From Daphnia carinata (lineage: Eukaryota): DNA of 64,000 nt. Below, one piece after another: positions 38,287-52,300 of this stretch (positions within the stretch are counted from its first letter, which is position 1; the number at the start of each line of letters is the position of its first letter). The stretch spans positions 12,586,001 through 12,650,000 of the forward strand of contig NC_081331.1 in NCBI RefSeq assembly GCF_022539665.2. The letters run 5' to 3'. Below the pieces are notes generated by a model that saw only the letters and a list, made by a program, of their open reading frames with translations, made no database searches and was not told where the DNA came from. The position numbers and the translations under genes are program-made.

Positions 38287-41200
38287 TTTGATTCAATATT
38301 GACTTCAGTCTGCCGCTTGTTTAATGTACCCATTCCCCCCCCCCCTTTTTTTTTTAATGAGGATATGTCCTAAACTCTTTTCTGCATGAGCATTTTTTGT
38401 GTGAGTGTCGCTGTGAACAAAACACGTAATCATTTGCATTTTGATTTCTTAAAAAAAGTGAGGGACGTTAATTACCCGTAGATTTTTAAAAAGCGACGGT
38501 TGAAAAACTGGACAACAAAAAATCTTTTTCAATTAATTTTTTTTTTATTTGCCTCGTGTGAGGAAGTTGCGGATCGTCTGCAAGACATTCTGTTTTCATT
38601 CGTTCAAGATAAACCATCATCGAGTACCAGATAGACGCCAATACTTAAAAAAGAAGAATCTTGTGCGTTATCTAAGAGGGAAAACAAAACAAAAAAAGAG
38701 TCCGACTTTCGACACGGAGAGACGGACGAATAATGTCAAACACGCAGCAATGGCTCGATGGATATAGGGACGACATGCTCCAATGTTTATAAAAGGACCC
38801 GGTTCAGTTTGTCCCGTTGTTTTCCCAACTCCGAGAAACTGATAAGCGTGGAATTAAAAAATTCAGAAAATCAATTTTCTCAAAGTGATTGAGAAGGGGG
38901 AACTCAGTGAAAAAAAAAAAAAAAACAAATTCCGAAAGAAAGGAAAACATTTAACAAAAGCAAAGGGCAGCAGATCACGATTAAAGAATAATAGAGTACG
39001 TTTTGAATCAAGACGATGTGTTGCTCATCCAGTCCAGGATTCGTATAACAATCTGCCCTTCTCAGCAGTACATAACTTGTGGGAGACACAAAGGCGACGA
39101 CAGAACAAACATTTAAAATGGGGGAGAAATGACCGGTTTTGCTTTTTCTTTCGTCACGCTTCTCTTGCGTCAATTTCATTCGAGAATTCAAATTTGTCGT
39201 TAATTCAAATGATTTGTTTTTTTTGTTCGCGCTCAGCAGAGAGCTTTATAGAAATCCAGTCGAACGTTCGGAATTTTCCACCTCGTTCATATATATATAT
39301 TATTCTTATTAAACTTTTACGTATAGACAATTATCAATTCGAATTGACCTTAAATGCCTGGTTTTCCTAATTGCCAATGAATGTATATTCGAATCTAGAT
39401 GTACATGAAATTCACGCCGAACAGCGGTTAATCCTCACTCACATTTTGGACGCAATTGCATTTTTCAAGTGAGGCCCTTTCGATTTTCGTTTTTTTCATG
39501 CGCCTTATAAAGAAAAAACAGCACACACGTACGCACTTGTTTAGATATTCCAGCTCTTACATGTAGCCTACGCGCTAACCGTCACGTATTTGTTCACGTG
39601 CGGAGCAGGCGCAATTGTCGAAGGGCGTCGGCGCACGTGCGGACCCTTTAAACTGGTCACAGCGTCGTAGGGCAACCAGCGTCTGTAACCACTCGAACCT
39701 ATCGCAACGACGGGCCTTCGCTCTCCACTTATTCACCTATCCGCGTGTTTTACAGGGCTGTCTATATACGCTCCGAAATAATACGGGGGGGGGGGGCAAA
39801 AGGAGAGAGAGAGAGAGAGAGAGAAGGCTTTATAGACTTTTGAAGCGAATATGAATATGTATTAGGCTTTGGGCGTTCATCATGCGGATGTACATACGAT
39901 GAAGTGCAAGGTAAATTTTCGTACAGTCACGTGTGTATAGCCACTCGATGAGGATTTCGTTCGATGCAAAACAGGATCTGCTGCCCTCAGTCCGTGAGAA
40001 AATAGAATACACCCACGGAGTTTAGAAAACGATCATGACGTCATTTTTAAATCTATCATCGCTTCTCTGGAATCATTAAAAATTTCGGTTCAGATTATAC
40101 CGACCTCGATGTTTCGCGTATTATTTCAGTTTCAAAACGAAAAAGAATCAGGTTTGGATAGTTGGCGTGTTGCTAGAGACGAAAACAAAAAAACTGGATG
40201 GCAAGTTGCGCCATCAGCCACACCCTCCGAATACCCATGTGATGGTGTTCAGAACAGGAACTTATTTATAACTCGTTATCCAACCCCTCTGTTTCTTCGT
40301 TTGGTTTTTTTTTCGTATTTTACATATCAGCTTATATTTCTCTGTCTTTTCTTAAATGTAACCAAACAAAAAAAACATTAGAATTTACAGTGAAAATCCC
40401 CAAAAAATTCATGTGAAGGAGTTCCATCATTAGCCACCAACTTACCACATGTACTGGTCAGTTGCACCATGATGCTATATACCTTTTCGCTGTATCGAAA
40501 TGTCACTCAAAAGCGAAACAAATCGAACTTACCGAACTCTCACGTACTCATGTATTGATCGCTGTAATTTTAATGCCAAACGTAATCAATCATCCAACAC
40601 ATATGTGAGGGGAGTCTCGATGCAATCGTATCTAAGGAAAATAAATTTCGGAAAATATAGGAAACAACAAACACAATTCATTGCTAGTTTTGCATCAGCA
40701 GTATAATGATGGTGCTATATAAGAGGGGGTTACGTCATTAAAGGCAGCTCTTTTTTCTGTATTAGCCCAAAAACGAAGCAGCAGAGGGGAAGAAGAAAAA
40801 AGACCATCCAACTTCTATATGTACCCGAATAATCTATTGCGGGATTATTATCGAGATTTATCGACAAAAATGCAAAAGGTCCTGCTGTTTGTGTGCGGTT
40901 GTTGTTCTTGTGTGTATATACAATAATACGTGTGTGTCTGTGTAGGCTTTGGCCGTGTCCAACCATAAAGATAGCGATCCACGCAGCATGAGGGTCAAAG
41001 GTGAACCCAAGGGCTGGCACACGAACACTGTACTAGCCATATCCATCGTCTATCTAAAAAAGAAAAAAAAAATACTCTGTATTTGTATATATGTATTCAT
41101 ACATACGCAACAGGAGGTCAATTCGGCACAGATGGCGTCGCTATTTATAGGCTATATTTTTCCCCCCTTCCAAAAACATGACTCCTTTTTTTTTTTGTCG

Positions 41201-44200
41201 GGTGCAACCCCCTCCAACAACTTTTACATTTCTTTAACATTGTCCTATGTCAGTGGTGCTCATCGTCAATGAAAATTGTGTGTACACACAACATACTAGA
41301 CAACAACGTCGAAGCAGGAATCTACCAAATAAACCATTCGACCAGCTATATATATATATATATCCACGTAATCTATAATTCCCCTACCCTTCTCCGTAGC
41401 ACTATCAATAATAGGGATGGCTTGTGTGACGTGCGTTCTATTTTCGTGAGCTCATCGTATCCCTTTCGCTGGCTTTTTTTTTCTTTATTATTCAAAAGGT
41501 GAGTAAACGTTGAAAAGATTTCTACGCCCCGTCCCTGATGACGATGAACTAAATCGAAAACGAATATTGCAGGGAGAAGGTTTTTGGATTTTACAAGACT
41601 ATCATCGAGTATTGGATAATTACAAGGCAGCACCTTGCATAATAATCAGTTTGACAAGTAATACACGTAATATAGGGAATTGGGGGGTGAAAAAGGCCGA
41701 ACGAATAATAGATTGATTGCGAGGTACAATAAAGAGTAGTCGAGCTTTTAATGGACAAAGGTGGAATGATCCAATAGAGGAGGATCCCCATATACAAGCA
41801 GAGTAAAAAAAAAAAAAAAAAAAAAGAAAACAAAAACAAGGAAATGGAAGGGGTGGAGAAGGACCAGTGAGTGGAAATAATCGTCCCTCTACTTCTGTTT
41901 GGCTCTATTACATCTAAAAAAAAAAAAGTGTGTGTGTTTATTCAGATGGTATACCGTGTACACATGGGTTACAAAAGCAAACAGAAGGTACGCCAATCCA
42001 GGACGGATGAGGCACGAATAAAATGTGATGCAAAGAAACCCCCCCCCCACTCCCGCTTTTTGGATTTTTCTTTTCCATAGTCGTTGAAACCGCCCACTAC
42101 CATCACGCAAACACCTGCCATATTTAGGTGTTTAGAAAAATTAACGAGCACGTCAATCATATCGAAATCTGGGCACCGGAAATGACTCTCATATTTGCTC
42201 GTTGATTGAGTGGGATGATTGACGAAATGCCAAAGAATGCCTGGACAGTCTTTCTAATTGCTTCATAAGCAACATGAAAGTGTGGGGAAAATATCAAATC
42301 TTTTGCTCGCACACTGTTGCACAAATACGATAACCGGTTTATCTACCTGAAAGGCGTCGTCTGTGTGAAATATACCGCGTCTATATGCAATATCCGCTGC
42401 CCTTGTCTTCATGACACTGATTTTGAGTTTTTAAAAATATGATATTCATGCCGTCCGGAAACGAGTACTCATACCTGACGACAATCGAACGATAAACAAA
42501 GACAGATTACAAATACTTAAGTTTAAAGAGTCAAATTCGAAACATTTCCTAACAAAAAGAGGTGGACACACTTAAAAATGACGTGATTTTTTTTTTCTTT
42601 TTTTATTTTTAAATCTTAAAGTTATGCACTAAGACGTTATTCCCTATATACGACACTGTCAAACTGTGAACAAACCTTACGGCTATCAATAATTGAACAT
42701 TATGTATTTCGCTTCCGATGTTTATAAATAAATTGAAAAATCCCTGGAGCTGTTCATTGAATCGCTCACACTCGCCGCCTCTCACCCTCAACTCTTACCT
42801 CCCCTCCTCTCCCCTACTTTATAGCTTTACGTAACCTTTGAAACACATAGCCTTTTCACTTAGACAAAGCGGCCCTCACCTGCTTAATTCCATAATTCAT
42901 TCGAATGAAAAATCAAAAATTCCAGTTCTCCAAAAGTCTTCCACCCTCGCCAAAAGTTTCTCAGTTTTTTTTTTTTGGGGGGGGGGCATTTCAATTGACA
43001 AACGCACTTGATAATTCAATGTGACGTTTCTCCCCATACACAGAAACTGGAGTAGGAGGGGTAACATATAGTAACAATAGAAAATTCTCGCGAGGAACTC
43101 CAACAAACAGTTTTCGACGTATATACGCAGGCATCCCTTTCTATACGTCCGTGTTACGTATGAAGCCACGGTGTTCCACCACAGGGGAATCAGCTTCCAG
43201 CGACGTGAACTTTTCTGATCGTGGCAGTTAGGCGTTTAGCGAGAATTGTTTATAAACCAAGTTGAGATTTCATATCAATAATTCCTTTGGATTATGCACC
43301 ACCACTGTGTTGTGCTGCAAAGTGCAAAACTACATACCGGGTACAGTTCACCTTATAGAAGCTGCTGTGATAAAATCAAAGCGATCCGTAAAGTGGGACT
43401 GACAACTAAAAAGACGGCGATTGAATATGTAAACCAAACATTGGCCGACTTCAAAAGGGCTTCGAATTACACCAGTGGACGCTCTGACTTGCCAAAGACC
43501 GGCAAGACGTTAACAATTATCCGCGTTAAACCCGAACGCCTTCCTTAACATCACAAAAAAAATCTCTTTTTTTTGTTATGTTCGCCTGATTCTAGTGTTA
43601 TACATCAGTGGGGAAAAAAGAAGGCGGCCATTATTGAATGTTGGATGGCATGTCAGCGCATGTTGAAACGAGGGAGTTCGTGCGGAATCAATGAGAGGGA
43701 AAGACATTGCCGTTGGCCCGTTCCCGTCAAAAGGAGCATTAGAGCGAAACTCTTATATGACTCGCATATGGTGTGATTTCAGACGATTCTGACTCTCTCT
43801 CTCTCTCTCTTTCGCCCTCTCTTTTACCGTCTACAAACAGAAACAAGGGGAGGATCGAACCCCCCCTTTTTTTTTTGGCCGTTCCACCCGATCGGTGTCG
43901 CACAGCAGCCGGGAGCCGAGCCATAGCTAATCCAAAAATGCATAGGTATATACATATACACGTGAATCTGGTTGCAGGATGGCTTTCCCCTTCTTTCACT
44001 TCGAAAAGCGACATATGCGCATCAGCCTATACAGAGTATATATACGGTGTGTATGGGCAAAGCAGCAGGTTATGCACGATCCATCGATTTCTATTTATTC
44101 ATCGAATCAATGTCAAATACACACCACTTGGCAGTGTATCCCAAACCCTCCCTCTCGTCAATCGATTTATTCTATTATGATTGCTGCAAGTGTATCCAGT

Positions 44201-46330
44201 CGTGTTTGATTTCGAGGACCATACAAACATTTCTATTTACTTCTCTTCCCCCGACATATTTTTTTTTTTCATACGGTCGTCATGGACGCGGCAGCTTTGC
44301 ATTGCAATCCGATTGATTGCAATGTACTACATCCTGAATTTTGTTTTCGATCTGACGTTATACGAAAATTACATTGTGAATCGATCAAGAGATCAACGAT
44401 TAATAGAGCTGAGACATGTCTACATTATTTTTCTACAATTAATTTCATGTTTCAATGTATGCAAATTGTCCTGTGATTAAACGGGAGAAAATGAACGATT
44501 GTTTGCATTGATTCATATTTTTCGTCGCTGCTGAATCTGCGCCAGAAGCTGATTCACATGTAGCGGGGCACAGCTGCGTCAACACATCGTTATTCGTATA
44601 CAAACTTACGATCTATGCGCGCACACACAATCCGCAAGCCGAGTCGATAAATGTGTACACGGACGTGTTGAAGCTGTTGACGCGTGGGAGAGCCTACACC
44701 GGGCATCCATATGTTTCTATTACATGTGTAGAGACGTACCATCGCTCTCATCTTCTCGTATAATCTCTCATCGTCTTATGGTAGTCGGTGTTTTTTTTTT
44801 CACCCTATTTTAGTAGGAACGTGTGAATCGTGATGCGATTCCTTTTCTTTCTTTTTTTTTTGCATACATCTAATTATAGAATCCAAATTTTGATTTAGCT
44901 AAAAAAAAGAAATACATTGAAGAAATACTCACGGAAAAGAAAATCGTAAACAGTGCGTAGTAGAATATTGTGGAACATTCTCTTTTGTTTTTGTTTGGAG
45001 TATTAATATAAATGGGGAGGAGCCTAGAGTAAATGGAGGGAGATATAGTAGATTTCCTCCACCCTATTGCCTTCCTTTTCCTGCCTCCCGGATCTCTGCC
45101 GCCCTTCAAAGTTGTAGAACGACGAGAGTCTGAAAGCAGATCGCTGTTTCCACCAAGTGAATTACCATCATCGACTTCCTCCAACTGTGCTCCAGAATCC
45201 CCTCTCCCCCATCCGTCTGCTCCTATTTCGCTTCCCTTTACAACATCTCCCGCAGACACACGCACGTGTCCGTGAACTGACATGCATGCAGACGTCTTGC
45301 AGAGTATATAACCTGCCAAATTATTCACCCCCTTTTTATTTCCTCCTTTTTTTTTTTTTTCAAAAAGCTTCGGCAAAAATGACCAAGGATTTTGATTGGA
45401 TGTTTCTCTTATTTTTCTATGATGAAAGCCTATTGTCCCTTCGGTATTAAACGCAGTACATAGGCGCCACAGTTATATCAAGATACAGAGTTTACATGCC
45501 TATCACTTGTTACTGTCATACAGTCCCCCATTTCCTTCCCCATAATAGACCAGAGCTCATTTTAAACGATAATCGTTCAAAACAAATACGTTTCTCCCGA
45601 TATCTCCGAGGGAGGGGGGACTAATAGCCCGCGTTTCACCAGGTAACCTTTAGGTGGCTTATGCAACGGGATTCGATTTTCGTTTTTCTCCGTTTTTCAA
45701 TACGAAGCAGCCAAAAGAAAAACAAATCAGAGTGAAAAAGCGTGACGATAGTGGATCACTCACCGTTTACAATAAAAGGGACGAGAGCCTTTTTCGGGCC
45801 TTTTTGATATTGTCCCGTCTATTAGATGTAATACACGTGCATTTATGTCTATTAGACGGACCCAAAGTAGGAGACGAGCAAGGGGATGAAATCCATCTTC
45901 TTGGATCTACCAGACACTCAGCCCGTTCCGTAAAAATCTTGTCTTTTTCGGAGACAAAGTCTCTGTCAAAGGCTAAAGAGAAAGAGAGTCGAAACAAAAA
46001 AGAAAAGGGCTATTATACCCAAATGCGGGGCAAAACTGTTTGAAATGAGCTTCAAAGAAAACAGTAGATTATTATTGGAAATGTATCCAATACACGCATA
46101 TTAAAAAGGCCAATTAAAGTTGGAAATTTGTTTTTCTTTCCCTTTAAACAAAAAGAAAAAAAAAACGAGACGCTCTGATTGGCGATATGATTCGTCGTAG
46201 CCAACAGAGAGTTAATGTCACCCTGAAAGCTTCTCTTAAACGTAAGGGCTCCCACCTTAGGGCGCCTTCAAGTGCCACACACACAAGGAAGACACTAAAG
46301 GTATAGATGCTGCTACCATATACTCTCACC

Positions 46331-46332
<2 letters not shown>

Positions 46333-46370
<38 letters not shown>
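46333..46370. repeat. (GT)19 microsatellite
   Basis: Direct observation. Confidence 0.9.
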
Positions 46371-46372
<2 letters not shown>

Positions 46373-49300
46373 GAGTCATTTTCTTTTTTAGCCAGACGAC
46401 TGTTGCTCACCGTCTCTATACTTTACGTCGGGCGGAGTAGTATGCATTTTAGAGAGTCGGAATTAGATTTCGAGCTTTTAGAGTCGTCGAGAGATGATGC
46501 TTTGCTGCCGCCATCGCCATCACCATCGCCGCCATCACCGTCGCCTCTCCTCCTCTTTCGTCTATTCTGATAGACTCGGAACATTTTCCTTGTCTTTTTT
46601 CCAGCGTCTGAAAAAAAAAAAGAAGAGAAAACCAATGCAATTTAATTTTTCGTTCCGGTCAGCTCTTCATCAAACGGAGCATAACAAATAAGAATGACAT
46701 AAATCAACAATTCTAGTATTGCTTTTATAGAACCTGCATAGGCCTCACAGAGGCTGGCATTGCGTCATCACCGGTCCGAATAGACGCGGTTCGTCTAAAG
46801 CTATGCACGCTGGGTTTACTTCGCTGTCAACAAACTAAGCACCTCTCTCAACATTTTATATACATCATATAAAGTACTAGGAAAAACAAAATAAAAAAAA
46901 AAAAAAAAAAAAAGGGAAAGAGAGGGTACTATATAACGTGTATATATAACCACTTTGTCGTGAATCGCTTTCGTTGTCTCTGCGCATGGGGGGTCCTAAA
47001 TGACGTCACCCTATTGTAATATACGTTGGCTTTAGATGATCCCGCTGGAGATGACAGCGGCAAAAAAAAAAAAAGATGACAATATTCATTTTCTACATTC
47101 AACTATTTTTCTGAAAAAAAAAAACACACAGAAAAAAAACTTTGTTTTTAAGGACGGCTGGGGCAAGAGAGCCCACACATGTATGGGCAATATAATTATT
47201 TATGATTTTAATTGACAAAAATAGTTGAGACATGATCTCCGACAAAGATCAGCAACGAACCAACAAAAGGTATACACATATACACTCACTTGAGAGACAT
47301 GTGGGATGAACTCACGAAGAGCAAAAGGTCTCCAATTTTTTTTTTTGCCACCATATCTGCACTTATCATCGCTGGAGAATATGGCGGTGTTTTGGGTGTA
47401 CATCTATGCCACTATAACGACCTCAAAACAAAAAAAAACAAAAAAATGGGAAAAAAAAGTCATGGGAATATCATAGAGAGCCACCATCGTGAGTACGGTG
47501 AATCATCGCGATGTTCATGAACGTGGGAATGTCGGATGTGTTGGTGGCAAGAAACGAGAAAACTTTCTTATAATATTTTTTTAGATAGCGACATGAGATA
47601 TACTAACAACGTATATGACCAATTTATATTAGGAGGTAGTATAAAACTAGCCAATATATCAGGTTTTTTTTTTTTGGGTGGAGTCTTCCCAACGAAATAA
47701 GAACGACGCCGGCTGACCTCTAACCCTCTTTGCCTTTTTCTCTCCTCTCTACCTCCTCTTCGTGGGTAAATAGAACTAACTATGTAAGTTTCTCCCTCTT
47801 TTCTCTCTCTCTAATGGACCGTCAAATTCGACAAAAAACAGCGAAATCAAATAGCCCGCCTCTATATGGTCTGTCACGCACTTGCCATATGTCGACCCAT
47901 CGTGGCTAAATTAGCTTCTTATTAATGAAGGTAAAACAATACAATACCAAGCGACAATCGAAGAAAGAATTCTTATTTAAAAAATTTAAAAAAAACCACT
48001 TATAGAATAATCTTAATCACTATCCAGTATCCACCAACTATAGTCAATCAATAAGTCTATACCTATCACCTAACAGTCTATGCACAAAAACAATAACACA
48101 TCTGCGTTAAGGGTTCCCGGCGTACAGCTACAGGTAATGCTGTTTTAATTATTTGTTTACTGCACTCTTTCAAATGAAAAAGAAATTAAAATCAAAACAG
48201 AAATCTTCTTATCAATTCATCGACTTTACATTGTGTAGCGTTGCGCAAGTTTTTCATCATTAAGAGGCCGTATTAGACTCATGTGAATTGTGTATCCCTT
48301 CTTCCGTAATGGTCTCTACCGAGTTGGCTGCGCATCCGCAGATGACGCCCAAGTTGCGTAATATTTATGTAGCTGCAGCAACCAACAAGAACCTCTCGCC
48401 GACGCAACGGCGGGGCGCGACAATTGAACCGCAAACGATAAATCTTTTCTTTCTTTTGTAGAGAGTCGGGCCAAATATAAACCCGTGCTTCGTTTCCTTT
48501 CGTTATTCGTCAGCGCCCCACTCGGACGACGTCTATACAGGCGCCGTAATAATAATAATAATAATAAGAGCAATTGCACAACTGGGCCATGCACAAGCTT
48601 TACAGGCTGCTGGAATAGCTGCTGGACTTTTTTTTCGGCTAAATTTGGAGAGTAGAAAAGGAAAAACCCTCAACACAAGCGGCCGACCTAAAAGATTTAT
48701 TTTGATTATATAGCTTTTCAAGGGCTATACGTTTCGACTGGCCGACTGTCTTTATAACAGTCAAAGAGAGTAGTGCCAGTCACGTGATTAGTCAGCAACC
48801 AATAAGCCTTTTTTATTTTGTTTTTGAGAATTTATTTTATTTATTTTTTCCATCATAAAGGGATAGGCCTAAAAATGTAATGGACAAGAGCGTGGCACAC
48901 GTGACCGGATCCGGAATTGCGGATGTTGCCGCCGCTTTCGTTCCGTTTCCTTTCGGCATGTCCAGTTTGCCCTGTTGACTTGACTGACGTTTCGCTGGAC
49001 GTTGGTCATTTCCCAGCACTTTTCTCGTTGGATATCTTATTGACTCTTTTCCATTTCACCCCATCATTTCTTTTCTTCTACGTTGAATTGCAATACAAAG
49101 GGCACGCCCAACATGGAGGGAAGTTACGTTACCCCAGCAGAGGGAAGCGAGAGTGGGTGCTGGTTATCAATAGGCCGTCTCAATGATCCCCACTCACAAA
49201 TTTTTTGTTTGGCCATCAACTTACAATATCTCCACCATTTATTCAGTTACATACAAATATTTTATGAGAACGTGAATAATTAGAACGTGTAAGCGAATAA

Positions 49301-52300
49301 CTATTGAGAAGCAAAGAATAAACGCTTGTAGATTGTTTTCCGAATGAATGAACTACAACAGATGGATGTTTAATCGCATTATCATGTAATCCAAGGCCGA
49401 CGTAATTGGAGACGGCTAAAATTATGATGACTCATAATTCCATCATCATCAAACATCAGCCGTACACAAACAACACAACATAAGAAGACAGCAACATGAA
49501 AGCTAAAAAAACAAAACAAGTACATCGCTTTCCCGAAAGAACAAAAAATGAGATTTTGTTGGGGTGAACAGATGGCACTTAATTGGTTAATCCGGCGTGT
49601 TCCACAGAGACCGTCCACCATTTGGACGAAAAAGTTGAATCAAATAAACAAAGCGATTTCCTTGCTCTTTTTTTTCCCTACTGTTTTCCTTCGTTCATTT
49701 TTACTTTGTCTTTAGATTTTTCCTTTTTCTTTTTTATGTGCGTACATAAACAACATACAAACACACACACACAATATATATATATATATATTTTGTTGTT
49801 CTATGTTGTATATATATGTATATATATATTTATATTGTTTTTATTAAAAGAGTTGATGCTGCTGCCCAACCGTTGCGGTTAAAAGTCTCGCGGGAGAGGC
49901 AGCCACTTTAGCCTTCGGGAGCTGAGAGATGTCGGATGGAGTTTCAAAAATTATATACTGACATAAAAAAAAAAATTGCGCCCGTGATTAGTGATGATTG
50001 GTCATATGTGTCGAGAGCCTTCAAACATAAAAATCGTTAGAAATCGGAAACAAAAAAAAAAGCGGACAAAGTGCTCTGGCACATTATGAGACAAAATGCG
50101 AGTGGAATCGAATGACTTTCGACTTAGCTCCCCTCACGGTCTACTTAGGCGAGAGATCTATATAACATATGTGGTGCTCTTATTCAACTCAAATGTCTAT
50201 TGACTATAAAATCGAAATGAAACTGTCTGTATATAGGACCCCACTTTGCTTGCAAAAGTCCCGTCGAGACCGTTTGCCAGTATATATTTACTCCGATTGC
50301 ACTCCCGGCTCCTGCGCGATGTCGTGTGCGTAACGATGAATCGACGGAGCATATTCGAGTGTTGTGCAAACAGTCATTTTCATCGCTTTCTCTCTATATA
50401 TATACTGCAAACAATTTTTTATCAAATCAAATTCGATTTTCTCAGTTCAAACGCCATTTCGAGCGAAAACGCGTAGAGAATTGTTTTGATTATCAAATAA
50501 TCTGCTAATATTCAAGAAGAACAGACTGGCCTATTGTCTTCTCCTTACGATCTGTTCAACTTTGACAGTTTAAAAGGAAATGATTTGTTAAAACCTATTG
50601 CCGTTTTGTTGTTGTCCTTGTCGGAACTGTTGACATTTCTCAAAGTCGGTCCTCTATCTCAATGCATCTCTCGTCCTGGGCATTTTCCGAGGGCATTGCA
50701 AACAAATTCAAATGCCCTCTTTGTTTACCCACCGTCATTTCCTTATGCTATACGTTCGATTCCTACATCTACTTGCGTCAGTCTATTGCTATGTATATGT
50801 TTCTCAAGGGCCTATATATACGACCCGCGAAAACAAAAGCAATTCAAATTCTCATTGTAGACATTTCAGCCAACACGGTACCTACAAGAGACGAGGTTAA
50901 GGTCGCATGCATACAGCAGAAAACGGAATAATCTATCAAGCGATTGAAACGTGATGCCGCCATTTGCCAGCCGGATTAAAAACTTGCACCCGCGCAACGT
51001 ATATATATATAATCGGGTCAACAATAACAGAAGGCAGACGTGTCTCCCGTATTATTTTCTATATTATATCCGTCTCTTTCTCTCCTGTGTTTATATGCAC
51101 TTGCATGTACATAGAAGAGGTGGGGGCATGTGGGATTTTAAATGGAAGGGGGGTGATTTGCCTATAGAGCCCGGAGACGTCATCATCATCGGTTTTGTAT
51201 CTTTTCTTATATTTCGATGGACTGAATATAATCAAGTTATTTAGTTATGAAATAACACGCCCCCTTAACACAGACATGTGCGCACGTTCCCCCCTCACCA
51301 ACAAACATTTCAAAAGGAAAAGAAAAATATATAGAAACTTTACTGTTAGATGGGGAAGGGGTGTGATAGTCCATAAGTGTTCCAAAACACACATACACAC
51401 AAGAGTCTTTTTTTTTTCGATATTTTAATATTTCAATGCCCCTATAGTTATAAAGCCCCTTTTCGGGATTGACAGATTAATCAGGAAAAATGGCGAACTG
51501 TGTTACACAACTATATAGAGGGTGCCCTGGAAAAGAACGAAGGGGTGTTTTGCTGTGTATGTACACAGAGAGGCGGGCATGTGAGCAATGGCTGTCAATT
51601 CTCATATTAGGTTCCATGTTCATGGACGACTGGCGAAGGCAGGGGAAGGAAAACAGTACACAATTTCCCCCTTTTTTTTCAACTCTATTTCCTCCTTTAT
51701 AGCATGCTCGGACCCCATAATTCCATTCTTCCGATATCAAAGCAAATGTTCCAGCAACAAATCCATATTTTTTTTTTCTTTAAATCCAAATGCAAAGAAT
51801 CAGTCTCAGCTTATACGTTGTAAAAGCTTATAGAGAAATCTAAATAGCTTGAAGGAATATTGTATGATTTCAACGAAATCAAAAAGTTCCAGCAACATCT
51901 CAGCCGTGTTTCGTTGGCTATTCAAAAACTGTGAACTCACTGTGATCTCAAAATATATATACGATACCCTATCGCAAATGCCTTGCATATAGTAGGTAAT
52001 GAATAATATCTTGAATCTTCAACAGCATTAACTTTAGGCACGACTTCAATGGCCAGCAGCACCCTGATTCGGGATGGACACACTAGTTTATGTACGTCTA
52101 ATCTTCTCCTATATACTTTCATGACATTTTGAAATCTAGAAATTGAAGAAATAGACTGTATAAAATTATCTTATTGTATTAAACATCATTGAGGGTGGTC
52201 CGTGGTCGTAAAAAGAGATTTCTTCCATTTTCTTGGTTAATACATCTATCGAGAAATCTCAGTGTTGCTGCTGGTTTTCCCCACCCACAGATCCACCCTA

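Noticed and set aside
46449..46545. Minus-strand MAAMVMAMAAA resembling the MVMA start of insect Tailup, as the missing islet exon 1
   Set aside because: It arises from a GCCATC-type simple repeat and has no phase-1 GT donor before the stop.
4963..47529. Su(H)-type YGTGRGAA sites (4963, 23461, 25253, 39993, 47522)
   Set aside because: They are unclustered and unpaired, and the count is within chance expectation for 64 kb.
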